Source: Candidatus Poribacteria bacterium (GTDB lineage Bacteria > Poribacteria > WGA-4E > PCPOR2b). From it: DNA of 64,000 nt. The DNA is taken from positions 1,810,964 through 1,874,963 of the forward strand of contig OZ245030.1 in assembly GCA_965223985.1 (NCBI GenBank), read 5' to 3'. Position numbers and translations under genes: made by a program. The notes beneath the pieces were generated by a model. That model was not told the DNA's origin and searched no databases. It was given only the letters and a program-made list of their open reading frames with translations. Shown in pieces: positions 7,755 to 15,956 of this stretch. Each line of letters begins with the position of its first letter. Within the stretch, counting starts at the first letter, position 1.

Positions 7755-8771
7755 TTAATCATCGCCGGCAATCTGCTTAATCCAACCCCAAGTCAAGGCG
7801 CGTTTCCCAACGGGTGAAACGGAGAATTCAACCACGAATCTCGGATCGAACCACGCTGGCGACCGGTTCTGCCCGCCGATGTTCGGAAGATCGTTCCAGT
7901 TGAGATTGCCGTTCGCTGGGTGGATGCGGATATTCGCCTGACCGCCGCCGAGCGCTGCTGCAGCAATGTGTTTCCCGTCCGGAGCCCAACTCGCTTCTCT
8001 GTTGGGGAAGCCACCTGCTTTTGGGTCTTGAAGATCGCTAATCTTCAATATATTCCCGCCTTCTACAGCATCCATCGTCCAGATTTCATCATTGCCACTG
8101 CGACGAGATGTCCAAGCAATTTTGTTATTGTCCCATGACCACGTCGGTTGGATATCTTCGCCTCGAACATCTGTAAGATTTTGCAGGTTCTTCCCTTCTC
8201 CATCCATGACATAGATGTCCCCAAGGGACTTTCCTCGTTTGGATGCGAACGCAATCAGTCTGCCATTTCGCGACCACGCGGGATACTGGTCCTTGGCAGG
8301 ATCGTTTGTCAGGTTGCCCAGAATATTACCACGCCAATTCATTGTGTAAATCTCAAAATTCCCGTCCCGATTCGTTTGGAATGCCATCCTTTGACCGCTA
8401 GGGTGCCAGGTAGGCCAGCTATCTTCCGCCTCATGGTCGGTGAGCTTTTCGAGATTTTCGCCGTCGGCATCCACCACGTAGATATCCACATTCTTTTCCA
8501 ATTTGGTGTGGAACGCCAGTTGGTTGCCGTCCGGGGACCACTGCAAGCCCGCGGGTATCGGGTCACCGCCAATTTCTAAAATTAGGCGTGGATTCTGACC
8601 AGCGGCGTTCCGCATCCATATACCCAAGCCTTCACCCCCATCAGTCGTGAGTGCGATAGTTTCTTTCGCTGGTGCTTGTGCACCCGCACTCACCAGAAAG
8701 GCAGTGCTGCTCAATAGCAACATCCCCACGAACCCGACACATATCAGCACTTTTCGATTTTGCACTGTCAT
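7755..8771 (-). CDS. secreted TolB-like PD40 beta-propeller protein, paralog 3 of 8
   Basis: Same architecture. The ORF is open to 8852, but Met28 (MTVQNRKVLICVGF...) matches the N-termini of the other paralogs and removes the overlap with paralog 4. Confidence 0.8.
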   Translation of the reverse strand: MTVQNRKVLICVGFVGMLLLSSTAFLVSAGAQAPAKETIALTTDGGEGLGIWMRNAAGQNPRLILEIGGDPIPAGLQWSPDGNQLAFHTKLEKNVDIYVVDADGENLEKLTDHEAEDSWPTWHPSGQRMAFQTNRDGNFEIYTMNWRGNILGNLTNDPAKDQYPAWSRNGRLIAFASKRGKSLGDIYVMDGEGKNLQNLTDVRGEDIQPTWSWDNNKIAWTSRRSGNDEIWTMDAVEGGNILKISDLQDPKAGGFPNREASWAPDGKHIAAAALGGGQANIRIHPANGNLNWNDLPNIGGQNRSPAWFDPRFVVEFSVSPVGKRALTWGWIKQIAGDD

Positions 8772-8835
8772 CACCTCATTGATTAGGGATTTATTCCTTA
8801 GCGACATAAAAAATATGGAGGACTCGCATAACAAC

Positions 8836-9837
8836 TTAATCGTCCTGCACAACCTGCTTAATCCAGCCCCAGGTCAAGGGGCGTTTCTCGACCGGGGAAA
8901 CGGAGAACTCAACCACGAATTTCGGGTCGAACCACGCTGGGGAACGGTCTTGGGCGCCGATTCCCGGCAGGTCCATCCAATTTAAGTTGCCCTTTGCCGA
9001 ATGCAGGCGAATTCTCGCACTGCCGCCCCCAAGTGCCGCCGAAGCGATGAGTTTGCCATCCGGTGACCAAGAGGGTTCCCGAACTCGGAAGCCTCCTGCT
9101 TTTGGATCCTGGAGATCGCTCACCTGCCTCGCATTCGCGCCATCTGCATCCATCGCCCAAATTTCTGCAGCGCCATTTCGAGCGGATGTCCAGGCGATCT
9201 CCTTGCCGTCCCAAGACCACCTAGGTTGAAAATCCTCGCCGCGAACGTTCGTGAGATTTTCCATAATCTCTCCATTCTGACTCATCAGGAAAATGTCCCC
9301 CAAAGTCTTCCCGCGTTTGGAAGCGAAGGCTATCCGTCGAGCATCTGGCGACCACGCGGGGTAATGGTCTTTGACAGGGTCGTTTGTCAGGTTACCCAGG
9401 ATATCGCCCCGTGAAGTCATTGTGTAAATCTCAAGATTCCCGTCCCGATTAGTGTGGAAGGCTATCTTCTGACCGCTGGGGTGCCAGGTGGGCCAGCTAT
9501 CTTCTGATTCGTGCTCTGTGAGCCTGCGGAGGTTTTCTCCGTCGCCGTCCACCACGTAAATATCGATATTTTTATCTAATTCCGTGTGAAATGCAATCTG
9601 ATTTCCATCTGGAGACCACACCAAACCCGACGGAAAAGGGTTGCCCCCAATTGGCAAGATGAGGTGTGAGTTTCCTCCATCATCGTTCATCAGCCAGATG
9701 CCAAGGTCACCATCACTAGCGAGCGCGATGGACGACCGATTGGGCGCTTGTGCTCGTGAATTCAACGGTAGTAACGTACTGTACAAGAGCAGCAGGCCGA
9801 GGAATTTGACACACATTGACGTTTTGTGAATTTGCAT
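8836..9837 (-). CDS. secreted TolB-like PD40 beta-propeller protein, paralog 4 of 8
   Basis: Same architecture. Tail SPAWFDPKFVVEFSVSPVEKRPLTWGWIKQ. Confidence 0.85.
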   Translation of the reverse strand: MQIHKTSMCVKFLGLLLLYSTLLPLNSRAQAPNRSSIALASDGDLGIWLMNDDGGNSHLILPIGGNPFPSGLVWSPDGNQIAFHTELDKNIDIYVVDGDGENLRRLTEHESEDSWPTWHPSGQKIAFHTNRDGNLEIYTMTSRGDILGNLTNDPVKDHYPAWSPDARRIAFASKRGKTLGDIFLMSQNGEIMENLTNVRGEDFQPRWSWDGKEIAWTSARNGAAEIWAMDADGANARQVSDLQDPKAGGFRVREPSWSPDGKLIASAALGGGSARIRLHSAKGNLNWMDLPGIGAQDRSPAWFDPKFVVEFSVSPVEKRPLTWGWIKQVVQDD

Positions 9838-9870
9838 GGTTTCTACACCTCCTAATTAGAAAAGAAGAGT

Positions 9871-9946
9871 TCTAGCGAGCGGATAGCGAGTGCGATAGTT
9901 CTGTCGGTTAAGACTATCTGGCTCCTTATTCAGTCGCTCGATCCCC
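9871..9946. repeat. palindromic intergenic repeat, copy 1
   Basis: Imperfect inverted arms agcgagcggatagcgagtgcgatagtt / actatctggctccttattcagtcgctcgatc. The right arm is near-identical to the inner right arm of copy 4. Confidence 0.7.
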
Positions 9947-10013
9947 TACACCATTACCCAATAGTTCCAACACGGCTAACAATCGAAAACCGAACATACG
10001 CAATTAATATCTG

Positions 10014-11018
10014 TTAACGCCCCGCCTGCTTGAGCCAGCCCCAACTCAAGGGGCGCTTCTCAACCGGTGAAACGGAAAACGCATCCACGAAAGCAGGATC
10101 GAACCAAGCTGGAGAGCGATCTTCGCCGCCCACCGCTGGCAAATCTTGCCACTCCAGATTTCCGTTCGCAGGGTGGATGCGGATATTGATAACACCGCCC
10201 TGCCCGAACGCTGTCGACGCGATACGTTCGCCATCCGGCGCCCAAGAAACGTCCCTGTTCCTAACTCCTTGCGCCCTTGGGTCCTGGAGATCACTAATCT
10301 TCATCGGACTCGCTCCATCCGCATCCATTGACCAAATCTCCCCAGCCCCGTTTCGACGAGAAATCCAAGCGATTTGGTTTCCGTTCCACGACCACCTGGG
10401 TTGGATATCTTCGCCACGAACGTTGGTAAGGTTTTGTAGGTTTTCACCTTTCGCGTCCATCACAAAGATATCTCCCAGAGTCTTTCCCCGTTTGGAAGCG
10501 AAGGCTATTGTTCTAGCATCTGGCGACCAAGTGGGGTGCTGATCTTGCGCGGTGTCGCCTGTGATATTTTCCAGTGACTCCCCCGCCGAAGTCATGACAT
10601 AGACTTCAAGGTTCCCATCTCGATTCGTGGAGAAGGCAAGCTTCTCACCTTCAGGGTGCCATGCGGGCCAGCTATCTTCTCCTAGATGGTCGGTGAGTCT
10701 TCTGAGATTTTCCCCGTCACCATCCACGACGTAGATATCAATGTTTCCTTCCAATTCGATATGGAACGCAATCTGTTTGCCGTCAAATGACCACGCTAAG
10801 CCCGAGGGTAGAGAGTCATCTCCAATCTCTAATGCCAAGTGCGGATTTTCTCCTTCGGGTGTCATGAACCAGATGCCTACCCCCTTCCTCACATCCGTGG
10901 CGAACGCAATAGTCGGCTCGTCAAGCGCTTGGGCATGCGCGTTTGCGATGAGCGTAGCACTAGGTATTAACAGCCCAACGGTGTACACCAAACACACCAA
11001 TGCCCTCTGAATGTACAT
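10014..11018 (-). CDS. secreted TolB-like PD40 beta-propeller protein, paralog 5 of 8
   Basis: Same architecture. The ORF is open to 11051, but Met12 (MYIQRALVCLVY...) fits the family N-terminus. Confidence 0.8.
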   Translation of the reverse strand: MYIQRALVCLVYTVGLLIPSATLIANAHAQALDEPTIAFATDVRKGVGIWFMTPEGENPHLALEIGDDSLPSGLAWSFDGKQIAFHIELEGNIDIYVVDGDGENLRRLTDHLGEDSWPAWHPEGEKLAFSTNRDGNLEVYVMTSAGESLENITGDTAQDQHPTWSPDARTIAFASKRGKTLGDIFVMDAKGENLQNLTNVRGEDIQPRWSWNGNQIAWISRRNGAGEIWSMDADGASPMKISDLQDPRAQGVRNRDVSWAPDGERIASTAFGQGGVINIRIHPANGNLEWQDLPAVGGEDRSPAWFDPAFVDAFSVSPVEKRPLSWGWLKQAGR

Positions 11019-11094
11019 CCAGCGTTGCCTCTTGTAGTGTTGAAAGTTCACAGCATGCGCCAGCGCGTAATTTCGTCGAACACCGAATCCATTG

Positions 11095-12078
11095 TTAATT
11101 CTCCAGTCTCACCTGTTTCAGCCACCCCCAGCTCAAGGGGCGCTTCTCAACGGGTGAAACCGAAAACTCCGGAATAAAATCAGGGTCGAACCAAGCTGGA
11201 GACCGATTCGGGAAGCCGAGGTCCGGAATTTCTTTCCAATTTCCTTCGCCGTTCGGATTACTAGTAAAAACTACAGCCCTACCGCCTCCAAACCCCACCC
11301 CGGCGACTCTTTTACCGTCCGGAGACCACTCAGGATCGCGCTTGACCCCTGCATAACCGATTAGCTCCACCATATTTCCACCATCTGCAGCATCCATGAC
11401 GAAGAGTTGGCCGTTCCCAGGTCGAAAAGAAATCCATGCAATCTTCTGATTATCGGGCGACCACGCTGGTTGGCTGTCCTCTGCCTTATGATTGGTGAGA
11501 TTGACTAGGTTTTGCCCAGTCGCATCCATGGTATAGATATCTCCTAGGGTGCGACCGCGCTTGGAGTTAAAGGCAAGCTTACGGCCGTCCCGCGTCCACG
11601 TCGGATGGAGGTCGTTGGCAGGGTCATCTACAAGCTTCACTAAGATATCTCCATTAAGCGTCATAGTGTAGATGTCGAAGTTCCCGTCACGATCTGTGGA
11701 AAAAGCAATCCGTTGTCCGCTAGGATGCCAGTCGGGCCACGCATCTTCCCCCTCATGGTCGGTGAGCCTTTTGAGATTCTGGCCATCGCCATCCACGATG
11801 TAGATATCAGTGTTCAGCTTAAGATGGGTATGAAAAACCAGTTTTCGACCGTCCGGCGACCAGTTCAAACTCAAGGGAACAGGATCTCCGCCAACTTCAA
11901 GAATTGGGCGTTGGTTTTTCCCATCGGTGTCCATCACCCAGATATTGCCGCCCGCTGCATCGCTAGAGACCGCAATGGTTGGTTTGTTGGGTGCCTGTGC
12001 CTCAACACTCACGATGGTCCAGACTCCAATCAGAATGAATGTACCGATGTATACGACGTATATGTTCCTCATTTGCAC
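11095..12078 (-). CDS. secreted TolB-like PD40 beta-propeller protein, paralog 6 of 8
   Basis: Same architecture. Tail SPAWFDPDFIPEFSVSPVEKRPLSWGWLKQ. Confidence 0.85.
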   Translation of the reverse strand: MQMRNIYVVYIGTFILIGVWTIVSVEAQAPNKPTIAVSSDAAGGNIWVMDTDGKNQRPILEVGGDPVPLSLNWSPDGRKLVFHTHLKLNTDIYIVDGDGQNLKRLTDHEGEDAWPDWHPSGQRIAFSTDRDGNFDIYTMTLNGDILVKLVDDPANDLHPTWTRDGRKLAFNSKRGRTLGDIYTMDATGQNLVNLTNHKAEDSQPAWSPDNQKIAWISFRPGNGQLFVMDAADGGNMVELIGYAGVKRDPEWSPDGKRVAGVGFGGGRAVVFTSNPNGEGNWKEIPDLGFPNRSPAWFDPDFIPEFSVSPVEKRPLSWGWLKQVRLEN

Positions 12079-12103
12079 GGCTCATTACCTCCATCTGTAT
12101 GAG

Positions 12104-12133
12104 TTAGAAAACGGAGCGCTCCGTTTGCGGAGC
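12104..12133 (-). terminator. putative intrinsic terminator after the SDR gene
   Basis: Perfect 18-bp palindrome aaacggagcgctccgttt (12109-12126), followed on the minus strand by ttttct. An alternative ctccg-tttg-cggag hairpin overlaps it. Confidence 0.5.
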
Positions 12134-12181
12134 CGCTTCACACTCGTACTGTCTCACTGCGCATCCAAACTTGTATAGAAT

Positions 12182-13027
12182 TTAGATAAGCCCTGTGAGT
12201 TTCTCACTTAACTCCCAGAGCTCCTTCTGTAATTGCTTGTCTTTACATTTGGCAGATATCGATTTCGGCTTCTTCTTATCAAAATACACCCCGGTAACTC
12301 CTTGAACCTCATCGGAACTCGCCAAATAGATGCTGGTTTGGGCAGCCTCCTCTGGGGAATGGGTAAACCTATTCATGATTTTATTCAGTAAAGGTTGATA
12401 CCACTTCTCCGGCAACACATTCCAAATTTCTGTAGAGGCATGGCCCGGATGCAATGCGTTTGCCGTGACACGCGTGTCTTTCAAACGCTCGGCAAGTTCC
12501 ATGGTGAAGAGAACAACCGCAAGCTTGGAAGTCGCATACGCTTTGAAACTCTTATACTTCGTTTTAAAATGTGGATCGTCAAAGTCGATTTTGCCCTGAA
12601 CATAGGCATTGGACGCAACGTTCACAAGGCGGGCTTCGGACGCTTGTTTGAGTATCGGCAGTAGTAAAGTGGTGAGCAGAAATGGGCCCAAATAGTTAAC
12701 TCCCATCGTCGCTTCAAATCCATCCGGGGTCTCTTTTCTTCTGGCGCTAAAGATTCCCGCATTGTTAATTAGCACATGCAATTGGCTATATTTCTGGGAA
12801 AATTGCTTGGCAAACTCACGAATGGAACCGAGTGATGCCAAATCAATCTGCATCATCTCAATTTTCACATTGTCACTTTCCTGTTTAATTGATTCGAACA
12901 CAGGTCTAGCATCGTTTAGATCGATACAAGCCATGACAATGGTTGCACCTTTTTTAGCGAGAGCTTTGGTAATCTCTCTCCCAATGCCACCGTCAGCTCC
13001 GGTAATCAGAACCGTTTTTCCGTGCAT
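12182..13027 (-). CDS. short-chain dehydrogenase/reductase (classical SDR, retinol-dehydrogenase-like)
   Basis: TGADGGIGREI cofactor motif, NNAG, and catalytic YATSK (YxxxK). 281 aa. Confidence 0.9.
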   Translation of the reverse strand: MHGKTVLITGADGGIGREITKALAKKGATIVMACIDLNDARPVFESIKQESDNVKIEMMQIDLASLGSIREFAKQFSQKYSQLHVLINNAGIFSARRKETPDGFEATMGVNYLGPFLLTTLLLPILKQASEARLVNVASNAYVQGKIDFDDPHFKTKYKSFKAYATSKLAVVLFTMELAERLKDTRVTANALHPGHASTEIWNVLPEKWYQPLLNKIMNRFTHSPEEAAQTSIYLASSDEVQGVTGVYFDKKKPKSISAKCKDKQLQKELWELSEKLTGLI

Positions 13028-13120
13028 CGTTTCGGTGCCTTCTGAAGTGAGTCAATAGGGAATTTCCTGTGCATCGAAATACAGAACTCATCAGAACTAC
13101 GTTCTACAGACGACTGATTG

Positions 13121-14131
13121 TTAATCGTCGTGTACAGCCCGCTTGAGCCACCCCCATGTTAAAGAGTGCTTGTCAACGGGGAAGACGGAGAACGCGCCGA
13201 TGAAATCGGGGTCAAACCAAGCAGGTGACCGAGTTCGTGTGCCAATCTGCAAGCGTCCCTGCTCTGCTTCGTCCGCCCCGGCAATAGCCAAGATGACGAA
13301 ACTATCGCCGCCACCAGCGGTAACATAGGCAACCTTTTCTCCGTCCGGGGACCAAGTTGGCTCAAGTTCCTCCCAATGGTCACGAGGGGCGGCGAATGCA
13401 TTCAGTTTTGCTGGGTTCACTCCGTCGGCGTCCATAAGGAATATATCGCCGGTTCCATCTCGATGAGATGTCCATAGAATTTTCTCGCCGTCCGGTGACC
13501 ACTTGGGTTGCGTATCTAGAGCACGATGATTGGTAAGATTTTGCAAGTTCTCACCATTCGCATCCATGACAAAGAGATCGCCTAGGGTCTTCCCCCGCTT
13601 AGACGAAAAGACAATTTTTCGCCCATCCGGCGACCATGCCGGGTCGATGTCAATGACGGGGTCGTTTGTTAGATTTTCGATTATTTCACCCTCGGCTGTC
13701 ATTACATAGATTTCAAAATTCTCGTCCCGATTGGATGTGAAAATGATTCGCTGGCTGCCAGGGTGCCACTGAGGCCAACTGTCCTCTGCAGGTTCTTCAG
13801 TGAGTTGTTTGAGATTCCGCCCATCGGCGTTCATCACATAAATGTCAATATTTCCCTTTACTTCGGTGTGAAACGCCAGCTTTCGACCATCGGGCGACCA
13901 CGCCAGCCCTAGCGGCAACGGGTTTCCACTTATGTCTAGAATGACGCGTTGGTTCGCCCCATCGGGGTCTATCAACCAAATTGTGCCTCCCTCGCGCGGA
14001 TCCGCGGAGACGGCTATAGTTGGTTTGTCGGGCGCCTTCTGCGCTCCCGCGTTCATCAGCAGAATGATGTTCGCCAAGAACAGCAGATTGACGCACACAA
14101 TCCACATGAACATTTTTCGGATTTTTTGCAT
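13121..14131 (-). CDS. secreted TolB-like PD40 beta-propeller protein, paralog 7 of 8
   Basis: Same architecture. Tail SPAWFDPDFIGAFSVFPVDKHSLTWGWLKR. Confidence 0.85.
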   Translation of the reverse strand: MQKIRKMFMWIVCVNLLFLANIILLMNAGAQKAPDKPTIAVSADPREGGTIWLIDPDGANQRVILDISGNPLPLGLAWSPDGRKLAFHTEVKGNIDIYVMNADGRNLKQLTEEPAEDSWPQWHPGSQRIIFTSNRDENFEIYVMTAEGEIIENLTNDPVIDIDPAWSPDGRKIVFSSKRGKTLGDLFVMDANGENLQNLTNHRALDTQPKWSPDGEKILWTSHRDGTGDIFLMDADGVNPAKLNAFAAPRDHWEELEPTWSPDGEKVAYVTAGGGDSFVILAIAGADEAEQGRLQIGTRTRSPAWFDPDFIGAFSVFPVDKHSLTWGWLKRAVHDD

Positions 14132-14244
14132 CTGTACACCCTATTTCGCTTGCGTTTGCAAAACGCACGGAAAGCTGCACCAATCCACCCAAGCCGCAGG
14201 GCAACGTTTCCGCCGCGCCCAATACGCTCTAGCACCAGCGGTTT

Positions 14245-15249
14245 TTAATTGTCTCGCTTCACCTGCTTAAGCCATCCCCAAGCTAATGGCCGCTTCTTGA
14301 CTGGCGAAACGGAGAACTCCTGGACAAAGGCAGGATCGAACCAAGTTGGGGACCCGTGGATTACCCCGATGTCCGGCAACATAGGGTGTGCGACTAGCTC
14401 ATCATCCTTGTCTACCTCGGCGATAAAGATGGGGCTACGGCCGATGTAAACGACCTTTTTACTGTCCGGGGACCACGAAACTTCACGGTCGTCCCATTGC
14501 CCTATATCGTCTTTCCGAATCCCGGAAATCTGCTTTACATTCTCTCCGTCAGGATTCATCACGAAGATATCACCGTTTCCATTTCTCTGGGAGGACCAGA
14601 CAATCCACTGACCGTTCGGCGACCACTTCGGTTGGATTTCCTTGCCGCGAGTATTCGTGAGATTCCGCGGATTATTTCCATTCGCTTCCATTACCCAGAT
14701 GTCTCCAAGCGATTTTCCCCGCTTGGTAGCAAAGGCGATTCGTCGACCGTCCGGTGACCATGTGGGTTGAGTATCTGGGGCAGGATCGTTTGTGAGGTTT
14801 TCCAGAACCTCCCCGCCTAGATTAACCACGTGGATTTCAAGGTTTCCATCCCTATCGGACGCGAAGGCGAGCCTTCGACCACCAGGGTGCCAGGTCGGCC
14901 AGCTATCTTCCCCTTCGTGGTTAGTAAGTTTTTTGAGATTTTCTCCATCGCCGTTCATCACGTAGATATCAACGTTGCTCTCCACTTGGCTATGGAAGGC
15001 AATCTGGCTGCCATCCGGCGACCACTCCAACCCCCAGGACAAAGGAGCGCCTTCAATTTTCAGAATTGAGCGTGGATCTCCGCCATCGGGGTCAATAAAC
15101 CAGATGGCATTATTGCCTCCCGAATCGCTGGATACTGCGATGGTTGGTCTGTCAGGCACCTGCGCTTGGATACCCACCACGAACATAACATGAACCAAGA
15201 ACAGTATGCCGATATATACAGCCCACATCAATGCTTTTCGGGATTGCAT
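14245..15249 (-). CDS. secreted TolB-like PD40 beta-propeller protein, paralog 8 of 8
   Basis: Same architecture. Tail SPTWFDPAFVQEFSVSPVKKRPLAWGWLKQ. Confidence 0.85.
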   Translation of the reverse strand: MQSRKALMWAVYIGILFLVHVMFVVGIQAQVPDRPTIAVSSDSGGNNAIWFIDPDGGDPRSILKIEGAPLSWGLEWSPDGSQIAFHSQVESNVDIYVMNGDGENLKKLTNHEGEDSWPTWHPGGRRLAFASDRDGNLEIHVVNLGGEVLENLTNDPAPDTQPTWSPDGRRIAFATKRGKSLGDIWVMEANGNNPRNLTNTRGKEIQPKWSPNGQWIVWSSQRNGNGDIFVMNPDGENVKQISGIRKDDIGQWDDREVSWSPDSKKVVYIGRSPIFIAEVDKDDELVAHPMLPDIGVIHGSPTWFDPAFVQEFSVSPVKKRPLAWGWLKQVKRDN

Positions 15250-15434
15250 TTTCTTTCACCTCATCACGTTATTTTGAGAATTCGCAGTCACACAGCCTCA
15301 GCCTTGGGATTACCAACTAAGACAGTAGAGAAGAAGGAACAAGCAGTAAATCGGAACTTCAGTCCAATTCGCCAGCGCAAATATTGTCAGGTTTGAATCC
15401 CACACCGGCGTATCAATGCTCAAGCCCGGCTGCG

Positions 15435-15848
15435 CTAGCTAACTTCGTTCTCATCCAGTACACAACCGATTACCGCCGCCACCAACGGTTCGTCACCGAC
15501 TACGACGATGTCGTGTTCGACATTCGCCGGCATGTATGCAGAGCCGCCCGGTCCCACGACTTTTTTTTCATCTCCGACGGTAATCTCCGCCTGACCGGCG
15601 AAAACGTAATAGCACTGTTCCCAATTGGGATGGTGGTGACTGCCATGTGTCTTGCCCGGCGGCCATGTATGGATGGCAATCATCAAGCGTTTCGCCGAAA
15701 GTTGATTCAAATCTTGCCCATATAATTCATCAGGGCCGGCGATAATTACCGTATACCCCTCCTCTTCATGAGCAACGCCTGGCACTGTGTTATCGCCAAA
15801 ACCCGTGAAGGTGCCTTTTGAATCTTCTGGAGTGCGAATGTACTTCAT
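15435..15848 (-). CDS. cupin-domain protein
   Basis: Cupin metal motif GKTHGSHHHPNWEQCYYVFAG...PANVEHD. Start moved to MKYIRTPED, which follows AAGGAGG. The ORF is open to 15893. Confidence 0.7.
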   Translation of the reverse strand: MKYIRTPEDSKGTFTGFGDNTVPGVAHEEEGYTVIIAGPDELYGQDLNQLSAKRLMIAIHTWPPGKTHGSHHHPNWEQCYYVFAGQAEITVGDEKKVVGPGGSAYMPANVEHDIVVVGDEPLVAAVIGCVLDENEVS

Positions 15849-15956
15849 GCTAATCTTCCTCCTTGTGAACGGCGCACGTATTACCGTCGCCATAACTAAA
15901 GAATTTTTGTGCGTAGAGATGGTTTAAACCGCAACTCAACGCCGGAGATATAGCGG

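Noticed and set aside
8647-8660. 14-nt identity (gtgagtgcgatagt) between PD40 paralog 3 coding sequence and the arm of repeat copy 2 (19457-19470)
   Set aside because: It overlaps the codons for the conserved ..ETIALT.. junction. It may hint at the origin of the repeat arms, but a single 14-mer is too weak to claim. It would need genome-wide alignment.
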